29,055 nt of DNA from positions 1 to 29,055 of IMG/VR virus record IMGVR_UViG_2565956610_000009; one strand, 5' to 3'. The position numbers and the translations under genes are program-made. Positions within the stretch are counted from its first letter, which is position 1, and each line of letters begins with the position of its first letter. A model generated the notes under the pieces. That model did no database searches and was not told the origin of the DNA. It was given only the letters and a program-made list of their open reading frames with translations. This stretch comes from a virus (Duplodnaviria > Heunggongvirae > Uroviricota > Caudoviricetes). Shown piece after piece: positions 1 through 8,853 of this stretch.

Positions 1-120
1 CTTCAGTGGGTCTACAGCGTGGTTAAGCGGGTCAGAAAAGAAGAACTGGATCGGATGCAGGGCAGGTTGTTTGATGAAGATCTGCCAGAGGAGACGAAAG
101 ACGTTAACAAATCCAGATAA
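1..120 (+). CDS. 3' end of an unidentified CDS (partial, start lies outside window)
   Basis: Frame 1 is open from base 1 to TAA at 118-120 and is followed by a strong hairpin terminator; product not recognised. Confidence 0.3.
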   Translation, partial: LQWVYSVVKRVRKEELDRMQGRLFDEDLPEETKDVNKSR

Positions 121-165
121 TTCCTGCTTGTTAAAGTCCTTTCAAAAATCTCCTTATTGTATAAA

Positions 166-198
166 AGCACGGTAGACCCCTTACCGTGCTTTTTTTAT
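166..198 (+). terminator. Rho-independent terminator
   Basis: Perfect 9-bp stem AGCACGGTA / TACCGTGCT with 7-nt loop, followed by TTTTTTTA. Confidence 0.6.
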
Positions 199-234
199 GC
201 TCTCTCTTTAGTATTCAGGATGCAGGGAGAAAAT

Positions 235-867
235 ATGTTTGACGTTTCGTTGTTAAATCTGCCATGGGCAACACTGGTGACCCTGACCAGTGGCTATATT
301 GGGTATTTTATTGCGAATGTGGGACTGAAGGATCACCACAAGCCCATTGAGGTGACTTTTTCTTCGCTGATTTTTGGCCTGACAGCAATGATGGCTTACC
401 AGGCTGTTATGTGGGCAGGTCTGAATGCCTGGCTGGCAACACCACCAGCACTTCTGTGTGCCGTTACATGCGGTGCGTGGTGGCGCAGGTACGGTCGCAA
501 ATGGATGTACAGATTACTGTGGAATAATGATATTTCATGGTCTGACGATACCAGCTCAGCATGGCAGGCAATGTTTGATCAAACAGGCTTCAGCGTTACC
601 GAGGTCAGAGTGATTCTTCGCGATGGTTCCGGTATGATGTCACGGCTGCCAGGGAACTTTGAAGAGTGGCCTAACGGTCCGTTTACCCTGGGGAATAAAG
701 GCGATATGGTTCTTTACGTCACGCACAGCAGCCCTTCAGGCAGTAACGAATGGGAAGAGTATAAAGGCGTGGTTGATAAGTACTGGGGAGCTCTGGCAAC
801 CTATATTCCAGCAGATCAGATTGCCAGAGTGGAGATCAGGCGCGTTCGTGCAACGAACGATGAATGA
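235..867 (+). CDS. Hypothetical membrane protein (about 3 N-terminal TM helices plus soluble C-terminal domain)
   Basis: ORF-track 157..867 begins at TTG inside the upstream terminator; first ATG with an SD-like GGGAG is at 235. Hydrophobic N-terminal segments; no family recognised. Confidence 0.55.
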   Translation: MFDVSLLNLPWATLVTLTSGYIGYFIANVGLKDHHKPIEVTFSSLIFGLTAMMAYQAVMWAGLNAWLATPPALLCAVTCGAWWRRYGRKWMYRLLWNNDISWSDDTSSAWQAMFDQTGFSVTEVRVILRDGSGMMSRLPGNFEEWPNGPFTLGNKGDMVLYVTHSSPSGSNEWEEYKGVVDKYWGALATYIPADQIARVEIRRVRATNDE

Positions 868-1225
868 TGTTTATTTTTTCCCTGGGGCAGGGGCTGCCGG
901 CATAGTGGTTTTATTGGCAGAGGAAGACGATTCTCCTTTTCTACCGGAATCGCGCTCGAACGTCACGATGTGCTTGCTTTTGGGCTTTTCTGAGTAATCC
1001 AGGCTATCATGCTTATTGTTTTGAGTAGTCATTGGAATCATCCTTTTTGTTGCGGGTCATGTTTCAGCAAACTCGATTCTAAGTTGCCAGGAAGGATGAT
1101 TTCAATGCCCGACTTATCTATCGTATAGCGGAAAAGAATTTCAGTTCTGTTCACCAGAACCCATGTTAACCCACTCCAATTCGTTATTTATCTCACGGAT
1201 CCCCCTTCATTTATCTCATGTCTGA

Positions 1226-2512
1226 TCACCCTGCAGCAACCAGCATCGAGACGTTTGCGGTTGTTCCTGTTGCCGTAGTACTGCCAGCATCCTGAATAGT
1301 CGCTGGTGATTCAGTGCTCATTAGTGTATCGAGCGCCGTTTCTGTCCGCGCCTGCGCCGTTTTAGGTGCTGCAGCGAGGACTACCTGCGCCTGCCCGACC
1401 GTCATCCCGGGGACGCCAGCGAGCGCTTTTGCCTGCGCCTCGCGCCCAACAGCTTCGGGACAATTGATGATGGCCATCACACGCGCCAGTTCGCTTGATG
1501 CGGCGTCCGCGCGAATCTGCTCCGTGTTAAACTCAACCTGCGCGACAGTAGTCGTGGTCGCGGTTTGTTCTGTGGTCGTGGTCTCCGCCGTGGTTTCTGT
1601 ACCAGACATAAAGCGCTCCATTTTTGGTTTCAGTGCGTCGGCCATCACTGCGATAGCGTCCGCGTAATTAACGAGTTGATCAGCGAGACCAGATTTAATC
1701 GCGTCCGCGCCGATAAATACTGCAGCTTCCGTGGCCAGCACCCTGGATTTTTTCAGCCCGGTATAATCCGAGACTTTTTGCGCGAACTGCTCGCGCGTGC
1801 TGTTAATACTCAGCTGGAATTCGTCGCGAACGTCGCCTGGCAGCTGGGAATACGGGTTCCCGTCAACTTTGTGCGCGCCGGCGTAAATCAGCGTCACGTC
1901 GACGCCAGCAATCTCCAGCGCTTTTTCGACGCAGCGGTGAGCCATCAGGACACCGATTGAACCAACTGTGCCTGTCTGCGTTATCAGCCGGCGCGAACAC
2001 GCTGACGCCAGCAAATAGGCAGCGCTGCAGGCCGTATCGCTGGCCAGCGCCCACACAGGTTTTTGCTCTCGCGCCCGGGCGATTAAATCAGCAGTATCAA
2101 ACGCGCCGGCGACTTCACCGCCAGGGGAGTCAATATCAAGCAGGACCCCTCTTACATCGGGATCAGAAATCGCCTGCTGCAGGCGTTTTGCGATTCCGTT
2201 GTAACCGCTCATCCCGCTAACTGGGTTGATATAACCCAATTTATGAACCAGCGTCCCGGTAACCGGCAGAACGGCTATACCACGCTCCACGCGATACGAT
2301 TTCTGGCGTGTTCGCTCGCTGCTGTCCCACCCCATCGCGAGCGCGTTCATTTCGTCGCTGTTCATTACCTCTCCAGACGCTGTATCAATCAGTCGCCCGG
2401 TACCGAACCGGTCGCTCAGCGCCGAAAAAAATACCCGCGCGTAGGTGGGCTCCAGCAAAAGCGGTTGATTGAACGCCCTGGCGGCGAGGTGCGGAAAATT
2501 GTTCCACGGCAT
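1226..2512 (-). CDS. C: Head maturation protease / scaffold, lambda gpC-like (S49 peptidase family)
   Basis: Strong similarity to lambda C as I recall it (NQPLLLEPTYARVFF, GIAVLPVTGTL, YNGI, KPVWALA, IYAGAHKVDGNPYS motifs); ATG at 2512 overlaps the portal stop; Ala/Thr/Glu-rich C-terminus may contain a nested Nu3-like scaffold. Confidence 0.9.
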   Translation of the reverse strand: MPWNNFPHLAARAFNQPLLLEPTYARVFFSALSDRFGTGRLIDTASGEVMNSDEMNALAMGWDSSERTRQKSYRVERGIAVLPVTGTLVHKLGYINPVSGMSGYNGIAKRLQQAISDPDVRGVLLDIDSPGGEVAGAFDTADLIARAREQKPVWALASDTACSAAYLLASACSRRLITQTGTVGSIGVLMAHRCVEKALEIAGVDVTLIYAGAHKVDGNPYSQLPGDVRDEFQLSINSTREQFAQKVSDYTGLKKSRVLATEAAVFIGADAIKSGLADQLVNYADAIAVMADALKPKMERFMSGTETTAETTTTEQTATTTTVAQVEFNTEQIRADAASSELARVMAIINCPEAVGREAQAKALAGVPGMTVGQAQVVLAAAPKTAQARTETALDTLMSTESPATIQDAGSTTATGTTANVSMLVAAG

Positions 2513-4086
2513 CAGTTACCTCCCCAGCCGTTATCGTTGGTATTTGAGGGGTGAGATACAGACCATGACGGTTCGCTCAGCCCCATTTCACGCCGGCGCT
2601 GAATTTCGTATTCCTGCTGCTCCATAACCTCCTCGTAATCCTGTCCCTGCAGCGCCAGTTCGTTCTGATACGTGCTGAGGCCAGTTGTGATGCGCATGGC
2701 GCTCTCCTGAACCTCTTTCAGCCCATCAATCGCCATGCGACCAGCGCCGATCCAGAGCGCGTTCGTCCAGGAGTTCCGCGCCTCATAAAACGACCGGACA
2801 GCTGAGCGTGGCAGGGTGATAATTCCGCGTGCCAGCGCCTCTTCAAACCAGCAGCAGAACATCAGCGACGCCTGTCGCGCGGCGATAAAACGTCGACGCC
2901 CCATGAAAAATCGCCAGCTGACGTTAGCACTGGCCCGGGCGCTGGAGTAACTGACCTGGCTGTAGTCCCGGCTAAGTTCTTCGTATGACGCGCCAACGCC
3001 AGCTGCAACGTAACGCAGGAGTGATTTTTCCAGTGAACTAAAACCAGCATCAGCATTCTGAGCGGTCTGTAAACTGAGTTTGTCGCCGGGATGCAGGTGG
3101 GGAACTTTCACACCACCGAGCTTGATATTTGCGCCGTTGTAGTACGTCACGTAACTCTGAATAAACGAATTCAGCGGGTTCGAGTCGATATCAGTACCCG
3201 CGCCGGCGATATATTCAAACGCCTGCTGGCTGTCGAGCTCTGATTCGATTGTCGCGGCATACATCGCCTTCACAATGGCGCTCTGCAGTTGTGTTTGCTG
3301 CAGTGTGTCGAGCATTTTCAGGCGCTCCATGACGCTGTAAAAAATATTGTCCCCGCGGGTCTGTCCGTCCTCGAGCGGCTCGAATATGTGGATGAATGCG
3401 TGTCTGCCGCTGCTGAGCTGTGCTGGGATACGCCGGCATTTACCGACTCCGCCGAGAGGGTAAGTATCCTCGGCTATCCAGTACCCGACCGCGGCCCCGT
3501 TTTTATCGATATCAACACCGGCGCGGCGAAATTGAGTGTCAGCTGCGTAACCCGGATTTCGAATCCGTTTCGGTGAGACCATTTTGAATCGCGTCCGAAA
3601 AACGCTGCCGGCACTACTCTCCCAGACTGGTTGTACGCAGGTTTCACCGTTGAAAGCGTGAGTAGCCACGCCCTCGCGGATCATCATTGTGAACGTCCGT
3701 TTCCGCTCGATATCAATCGTGCAGTGAGGGTCCTCGGCGTATTCAGTCCACGCTACCTCGACGTCACGCGCCAGCGCCCTGGCGTCCTCGCGAGATATGC
3801 CGAGGTAACGCCAGTTAGGGCGATAACTCAACTTAAACAGATTGCCGACGATATGATCCTGGTGCAGCTGCACGGCGTTCGACGCGACGCCGTTATTGCG
3901 AACGAGATCGTCTGCTCGCGCGTTACCGCGATAAAAATTCGGCAACAGTGCTGCGTCGGCGCTCTGCTGTGGTGCGTTCCAGTCAATCAGCTGGCCACCG
4001 AAACCGGGACCGCCGCCGTTATACCCCGCGTAACGGCGTAGTGGCGTTTTACCGTCAGGCCCGAGCAGCTGCTGCGGAGCAGTCAT
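2512..4086 (-). CDS. B: Portal protein, lambda gpB-like
   Basis: Extensive similarity to lambda B as I recall it (LLGPDG, YAGYNGGG-GFGGQL, LLPNF-RGNARADDLVRNNG, KRTFTMMIREGVA, SIGAGRMAIDGLKEVQE motifs). Confidence 0.9.
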   Translation of the reverse strand: MTAPQQLLGPDGKTPLRRYAGYNGGGPGFGGQLIDWNAPQQSADAALLPNFYRGNARADDLVRNNGVASNAVQLHQDHIVGNLFKLSYRPNWRYLGISREDARALARDVEVAWTEYAEDPHCTIDIERKRTFTMMIREGVATHAFNGETCVQPVWESSAGSVFRTRFKMVSPKRIRNPGYAADTQFRRAGVDIDKNGAAVGYWIAEDTYPLGGVGKCRRIPAQLSSGRHAFIHIFEPLEDGQTRGDNIFYSVMERLKMLDTLQQTQLQSAIVKAMYAATIESELDSQQAFEYIAGAGTDIDSNPLNSFIQSYVTYYNGANIKLGGVKVPHLHPGDKLSLQTAQNADAGFSSLEKSLLRYVAAGVGASYEELSRDYSQVSYSSARASANVSWRFFMGRRRFIAARQASLMFCCWFEEALARGIITLPRSAVRSFYEARNSWTNALWIGAGRMAIDGLKEVQESAMRITTGLSTYQNELALQGQDYEEVMEQQEYEIQRRREMGLSEPSWSVSHPSNTNDNGWGGN

Positions 4087-4316
4087 AATCGAACTCCCAC
4101 GGGCCGACGGCGTCCCGTACTCAGACCGAGCTGTGATTTCAGCTCGATAATGTACGTTCGGAGCTGCTCAATACTCGCCTGCGAGTATTGATAGCTCCGG
4201 TTATTTCCTGCTGAATCGCCGTGAGACAGCGACACGGTCGATTTACCCGTTAATAATTTGTGCAGAGCGATTTCCGCTTCCAGCAGTCGTTCTGTTAAAA
4301 CCTCGCGCGACGTCAT
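4083..4316 (-). CDS. W: Head-tail joining / head completion protein, lambda gpW-like
   Basis: 77-aa product between terminase large subunit and portal; similarity to lambda W in position and sequence; stop overlaps portal start. Confidence 0.75.
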   Translation of the reverse strand: MTSREVLTERLLEAEIALHKLLTGKSTVSLSHGDSAGNNRSYQYSQASIEQLRTYIIELKSQLGLSTGRRRPVGVRL

Positions 4317-6277
4317 TAGCTCCCTCCGAGCATTCTGGCCATCTCCTCGAGAGACAGTTTGTTTTGTGATTTTTTCCGTTGCTCAGCGAGCGTCTCGAGA
4401 TTGAGCTGGAAACGAATTTTACTGATACGCAGCGCTGCCAGTCCGTACACCCAGCAGTCGAGCGCCTCATTTCGCCGGCCCTGGTTGTCCCAACGATAAA
4501 CGACGCGACCGTTAATGAGTTTCGGGATCAGAACCTCGGAGACGAGCTGTTTTGCCTCTGTCGTGCTGAATATTTCGTCGTCGTTGGGAAAATGAATCGC
4601 ACCTGGTGTCGCCGATTTGGAGTCGGGTTCCAGCTGCAGGCGCATTGCGAGCAGGTCTTTCGCTGTATCTGTCCCAATCAACGACAAATACACTTTATTC
4701 GCGTTACGGGTACGAGGCATATTTACGACCGGCTGGCCGTATGAGCTCGCGCCCTTGATTGGAATGACCCACAGCGGACCGAGTTTCAGCGAGCGGTTAT
4801 AAACGACCTGCGCATCTATACCACCGGTATCCCACGCCCAGCGACTGACGCCGATTGTGGTCCCGTCGCTGCGCCGGTATTGTTTGCGAATCACTCCGTC
4901 GACGCGCTGCAGCGTGTCCTCCTCGTCGTAGCGACCGAGGACGATTGTTTTATCAATCAGCCAGCACTCCTCCTCGGCTCCCCAGCCCCACACATAACAC
5001 TCGTAGCGCCCGGACGTCTGAGAGTCGATGCCGCCGGTTATATAAACAACACCGTCAGGAACCTGGCTGGCGTATTTTTCCCGGCGATTAACCAGAATAT
5101 CGTGCTCCAGCTGCTCGCTGGCCACGTCGCTCCAGAGTTCGCCGAGCGTCGTGTTATGAAACGTCTTTTCCTTGAGCGGGTCGCCTTTCGCTTTCAGCCA
5201 CTCGCTGACAATCTCGCCCCATCCATCGAGGTTTAGTGAATACAGGGCGTTTATCACGATCGCAGCGTGTTTCGGCGCGCGAACGACGCCACCGTCATGA
5301 TCAAAAAAATGAATGCCGTCTCGGGTCCAGGTGCAGTCCTCGGCTATCCAGCGCCCCCCGAACTCCATTTTTTCGAGATCGCGATAGTAAAAATGTTCCG
5401 GGCAGTGGCAGCACTGGTAATACGCGGACGACGATTTCGCCTCATTGGTCTGCAGGCTGTTATCCCATTTGAGGCCGTATTCGATACCGTCGAAACCAAA
5501 TACCAGGACCTGCTCCTCGCCACAATGCGGACATGTCAGGTAAAAACGAAACGTCAGATCGGCAGCGTCTTCGAGCATTTCGATATGACTTTTGCCGGTA
5601 ACGGTCGGCGTCGAACCAAAAATCGCCTTCGGGTACGCTGCCCCTTTAATTCGAACGAGCGCCAGTTCGATGGGCGAGCCCTCGCCTTTGCCTTTTTTGG
5701 CAACTTCCAGCGGCCAGCCGTCAACTTCGTCACCCTCGACAACCTGTTTCGTTAGTCGCCGGAAATTTCCTGGTGCACTCGCGCCGCGAAAATCAAGAAT
5801 CGCGCCGCTCATTTCTTTACGCTGGAGATTGTTACGCTCGTTGCTTTTATCCCAGTCGGGGAAAATTTTCTGAATCACTGGCATTTCGGCGATAGCGGGG
5901 TCAACCTCGTCGGCGACAAATCCATCCGATTCGTCATCGATAGGCTGATAGACCACGGCACTACGTTTTTTGTGCTCAGCGAAATAGAGCAGCGCCGCGA
6001 CGAGTATTTTTGTATAACCGAGACGAGCTGATTTGCGAACAGACACGATTTTTATCGCGTCGTTCGTCATCATATTGAGCATCACTACCTGGACCGGCTG
6101 AGTCGTCCAGTGCCCAGCGATGTGGCTGGAGCCCTCAGGGAGATAAAAATATTTATCAGCCCACTCAACACCCGTCATCGGTATCGTCACGCGCAAGGGA
6201 TTCAACCCTGTCGAGATCGCGTTCGATATCGCTGACATCGTAATCGCTGAAGTCGATTCGTATGTCTGACAACTCAT
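4316..6277 (-). CDS. A: Terminase large subunit, lambda gpA-like
   Basis: Similarity to lambda A along the whole length (VEWAD, VKSARLGY-K, CPHCGEEQ, TRDGI, VWGWG, IPIKGAS, NEALDC motifs). True start may be an internal ATG (6238 or 6178); 6277 has no clear SD. Confidence 0.9.
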   Translation of the reverse strand: MSCQTYESTSAITMSAISNAISTGLNPLRVTIPMTGVEWADKYFYLPEGSSHIAGHWTTQPVQVVMLNMMTNDAIKIVSVRKSARLGYTKILVAALLYFAEHKKRSAVVYQPIDDESDGFVADEVDPAIAEMPVIQKIFPDWDKSNERNNLQRKEMSGAILDFRGASAPGNFRRLTKQVVEGDEVDGWPLEVAKKGKGEGSPIELALVRIKGAAYPKAIFGSTPTVTGKSHIEMLEDAADLTFRFYLTCPHCGEEQVLVFGFDGIEYGLKWDNSLQTNEAKSSSAYYQCCHCPEHFYYRDLEKMEFGGRWIAEDCTWTRDGIHFFDHDGGVVRAPKHAAIVINALYSLNLDGWGEIVSEWLKAKGDPLKEKTFHNTTLGELWSDVASEQLEHDILVNRREKYASQVPDGVVYITGGIDSQTSGRYECYVWGWGAEEECWLIDKTIVLGRYDEEDTLQRVDGVIRKQYRRSDGTTIGVSRWAWDTGGIDAQVVYNRSLKLGPLWVIPIKGASSYGQPVVNMPRTRNANKVYLSLIGTDTAKDLLAMRLQLEPDSKSATPGAIHFPNDDEIFSTTEAKQLVSEVLIPKLINGRVVYRWDNQGRRNEALDCWVYGLAALRISKIRFQLNLETLAEQRKKSQNKLSLEEMARMLGGS

Positions 6278-6731
6278 TTAAGGCTATCGCCAGCTCCTCT
6301 CGTAATACACTGCTCGCCTCTTGCGGCATCTCCGGCCAGACCTTTTTCAGGCGTGGTGGCCACGACTCGACGCGGGTACGTAATTCAACGGCGACGCGAG
6401 ATACAGCGACGCTAATTAATTCAATTGGCGCGTAGCGTTTAGCGAGAATGCGGCGTTTTACTCGTGCCATCAGGATTCGCTCCTGTCGTTCCTCATTTTT
6501 CAGCCACTGCTCGCGATTTTTTTCGGGAGAATTGTCCCCCGCTTCCGGTTCGTCATTACTAGTTGTGTCGCGTCTATTGCTCCGGAGATAACGAATATAA
6601 AAATGGCGCCATGCGTCTAGCTCCCAATCACCACGTCCTTGTGGGACTGGTGCTCCCGGAAGTTTTGCGAGATCGCGCAGACGACGATCAGATAGCAGTA
6701 AATGTGCTGCAACCTCAGCCTGACTTGCCAT
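6165..6731 (-). CDS. nu1: Terminase small subunit, Nu1-like
   Basis: N-terminal HTH-like region resembling lambda Nu1, good SD (GGTGAGG) before ATG at 6731, overlaps the large-subunit ORF as in lambda, immediately downstream of the cos-like region. Confidence 0.75.
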   Translation of the reverse strand: MASQAEVAAHLLLSDRRLRDLAKLPGAPVPQGRGDWELDAWRHFYIRYLRSNRRDTTSNDEPEAGDNSPEKNREQWLKNEERQERILMARVKRRILAKRYAPIELISVAVSRVAVELRTRVESWPPRLKKVWPEMPQEASSVLREELAIALNELSDIRIDFSDYDVSDIERDLDRVESLARDDTDDGC

Positions 6732-6789
6732 TAAAAATCCTCACCGGAACCGGAAATACCCAAAATGAAAAAATACTAAAAACGAGCGA

Positions 6790-6870
6790 GTTTTTGCGCG
6801 TCTACCGACCCTCGGTGTTTTGGATTTCGGAAAGGACCCGCGACCAGGGGGCTATCTCCCTTTCAGGACA
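6790..6870. other. Candidate cos region (cosN/cosB) upstream of Nu1
   Basis: Non-coding stretch between lysis genes and Nu1; minus-strand GGTCGCGGGTCC and TTTCCGGTTCCGG resemble the lambda GGGCGGCGACCTCGCGGG / TTTTCCGGTTTAAGG segments. Exact nick sites not determinable. Confidence 0.35.
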
Positions 6871-7084
6871 GGAATTAGGGGCTCGCATCAGGTTCATCAA
6901 ACTCAACTGTAGCCTCGCGGCGTACTTGTTTGCATACATCAGCTTTGTGTATCTGATTATCAGCGTAAGCTTTCACTTTGGCAGCGAGCCATCCTTTTGT
7001 GCTGTATCGATAGACTACCGAACAAGTTTTCCATATATGTATATATCTTGAACTTATTGATATCATTACAGAAAAACAACAACC

Positions 7085-7345
7085 ATGAGAACGCAAAAAA
7101 TGAACAGAGAAAAAATTGAAGCCTTAATGAGCGTAATATTAAAAGAAGCTGACCCAAAAAAGTTTCCTGAGAAGTTATCAGAGGACGCCATCGTATCTTT
7201 TTATCGTGCGAACTCCTCTTATCTAAATTGTTCAACTTTAAGAGAATGGCTAAGCGGCGAAGCAGAGCCTTCAGATGAGATACTTCAGAAGATTATGGTT
7301 CAGAACAACTGGCGCGCAACAAAATGGTCAAATCAGTTACCTTAA
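7085..7345 (+). CDS. Hypothetical protein in the bor-equivalent position (between lysis genes and cos, opposite strand to late operon)
   Basis: 86-aa ORF, no signal peptide so not Bor itself; weak SD; followed by a hairpin at 7360-7383. Confidence 0.4.
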   Translation: MRTQKMNREKIEALMSVILKEADPKKFPEKLSEDAIVSFYRANSSYLNCSTLREWLSGEAEPSDEILQKIMVQNNWRATKWSNQLP

Positions 7346-7359
7346 TCTGTTGAATGTGT

Positions 7360-7383
7360 GCCGCCTTAAAACAAAAAGGCGGC
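7360..7383. terminator. Hairpin between convergent genes (possible bidirectional terminator)
   Basis: GCCGCCTT / AAGGCGGC 8-bp stem with A-rich loop; no clean U-tract on either strand. Confidence 0.3.
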
Positions 7384-7404
7384 CTCTCGTTAAAGTAAAT
7401 TACC

Positions 7405-7599
7405 CTATTTTCCACCAAGGCATGAAGCCTCTGCCCCGGTTGAATCAATACAACCACCGTTCGCAGTAGTAATCTTCGTACCCGGCGCGATCATCACGTG
7501 TTTAATACTGCTGCCGTCAGCGCGAGTCGCTTCGGTGTATGTCGAATGTGTGCAGCCTGCCAGCGTGAAGAACGCGACAGCTAAGAGAAGTTTTTTCAC
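7405..7599 (-). CDS. Small lipoprotein at end of lysis cassette (possible Rz1-like spanin component or Bor-like lipoprotein)
   Basis: GTG start at 7599 directly after the endolysin stop; signal peptide with lipobox LAGC (MKKLLLAVAFFTLAGC). Not proline-rich like lambda Rz1, so function is uncertain. Confidence 0.55.
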   Translation of the reverse strand: MKKLLLAVAFFTLAGCTHSTYTEATRADGSSIKHVMIAPGTKITTANGGCIDSTGAEASCLGGK

Positions 7600-7606
7600 G
7601 TTTTAC

Positions 7607-8086
7607 CTACGCTTCTGAGATAGATTTCTCAGCATTCACCAATGGAAGTGATTGTGGAACATCCGTTTGACCTGCTGGCCAGCGGTAGCCTGTTACGCGG
7701 GAACGAGGAAAAGCTTTGATATTTACTTCATCTGCCTGGTTGCCCCCCAAAATCATTAAATCCCCGGCGGCATTTTTCCCGACAACAAAGCCGACGTGAC
7801 CACCGCCAGACCGAGACAGAATAGCAATGCATCCATAGGCGGGTTCCTTCAGTTCATTACCCCAATCGAGATAAGAATTCGCAGACTCAAAACGCGTTGA
7901 GCGAATACCCGCACGTTCCAGCATTGCCCCGGTGAAAGCAGCGCACCACGGTGTTTCGTCATCCTTAATGCCGCCGCGTTTGATATCTTTCCAGTACTGC
8001 ACAATTTCTGCAGCATGTTGCTTCCCTTTCATTTCCCGAATGCCGAGGTTTTTTCGAGCCTCGATTAGCCATTTAGGATCCGTCAT
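7607..8086 (-). CDS. Putative endolysin, CHAP/NlpC-P60-like cysteine peptidase
   Basis: 159-aa product with a conserved Cys (PWCAAF) and downstream His (GGHVGFV) typical of CHAP-type peptidases; sits in the endolysin position after holin-like genes; good SD (AGGAG). Confidence 0.65.
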   Translation of the reverse strand: MTDPKWLIEARKNLGIREMKGKQHAAEIVQYWKDIKRGGIKDDETPWCAAFTGAMLERAGIRSTRFESANSYLDWGNELKEPAYGCIAILSRSGGGHVGFVVGKNAAGDLMILGGNQADEVNIKAFPRSRVTGYRWPAGQTDVPQSLPLVNAEKSISEA

Positions 8087-8358
8087 TACCTGTCTCCTGT
8101 TATTTTTGAAATATTCCCTCGTGCCCGCCAGACAGCAATACAGATGGTGAGGTTGAGAAAGAACTCTGCGGGATCAACCTGCGTATATTTCCCGTAAAAA
8201 ATTCGTAGGGCTATCCACGCAGCAGACAGAATCGCGAGGTAAGCAGTTAGTGAGATGAAAAAACGATAGCGGCCTGTTTTTTGAAAAAACATCAACCGTA
8301 GTGCCAACATCAGACAAATAATTGCATTGGCATTGATGAGGACAGAGTGCAGGGTCAT
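8086..8358 (-). CDS. Lysis-cassette membrane protein (holin/antiholin-like)
   Basis: 90-aa product with 2-3 hydrophobic helices; start overlaps the holin stop and stop overlaps the endolysin start. Confidence 0.55.
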   Translation of the reverse strand: MTLHSVLINANAIICLMLALRLMFFQKTGRYRFFISLTAYLAILSAAWIALRIFYGKYTQVDPAEFFLNLTICIAVWRARGNISKITGDR

Positions 8359-8741
8359 TATTTCATCCCCTTATCTGATTTCCATAAACGAGCTTGTGAC
8401 ATGATCCGCAACAGTGATGTAACGCTGATTACTGATGCAACCAGTGCACCAATGGCGGGAGAGACTTTTACTGTTACGGGAGGGTTCAGGTGACTCAGCA
8501 CCGCGTTCAGAATACCGGTAATGATGGCTGACGCTGTCTCAGCGCAATACACACCGCCAACAAACGAAATGAGTGCGAAAATAACCTGCTTCCAGAATCG
8601 ATGCTGCCCGGACGACAACACATAGAGAGCTGCGCCTGCCAGCGCACAGATCATCACTGCAGGTGTTGCCTCAGGAAATAACGCAGCAAACGTCACCCCC
8701 GCCGAGCCAGCAGCAACGCCAGCGGTTAGAGGTTCAGACAT
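8358..8741 (-). CDS. Putative holin
   Basis: ATG at 8741 with AGGA SD (ORF-track start 8822 is TTG inside the upstream terminator); about 127 aa with multiple TM helices; first gene after the Q-like gene and terminator. Confidence 0.6.
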   Translation of the reverse strand: MSEPLTAGVAAGSAGVTFAALFPEATPAVMICALAGAALYVLSSGQHRFWKQVIFALISFVGGVYCAETASAIITGILNAVLSHLNPPVTVKVSPAIGALVASVISVTSLLRIMSQARLWKSDKGMK

Positions 8742-8761
8742 GATTTTTCCTGATTCAGAAA

Positions 8762-8788
8762 CGACAAAACCCCGCCGTGGCGAGGTTC
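8762..8788 (-). terminator. tR-prime-like terminator downstream of the putative late promoter
   Basis: On the minus strand CCTCGCC-ACG-GCGGGG hairpin followed by TTTTGTCGTTTCT, between the Q-like gene and the holin. Confidence 0.5.
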
Positions 8789-8853
8789 TTAGAAATTTGG
8801 CAACATACCAAATTAGCGTCAAATATGGCCTATTTTGTTCGTTTTTGCAAGCA

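Noticed and set aside
157-234. N-terminal extension of ORF 157..867 (TTG start)
   Set aside because: The extension lies inside the terminator hairpin at 166-198 and starts at TTG; the first ATG with an SD is at 235.
659-997. 112-aa ORF overlapping the 3' end of gene 235..867 in another frame
   Set aside because: No SD, overlaps a better-supported gene, and the product looks like a frame artefact.
1314-2220. Plus-strand ORFs antisense to the head protease gene (1314..1667, 1565..1960, 1957..2220)
   Set aside because: They lie entirely within a strongly supported lambda C homologue on the opposite strand; such antisense ORFs are typical of GC-rich coding DNA.
4379-5873. Multiple plus-strand and short minus-strand ORFs inside the terminase large subunit gene
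   Set aside because: They are antisense or out-of-frame shadows of a well-supported terminase gene, with Arg/Ser-rich translations typical of spurious ORFs.
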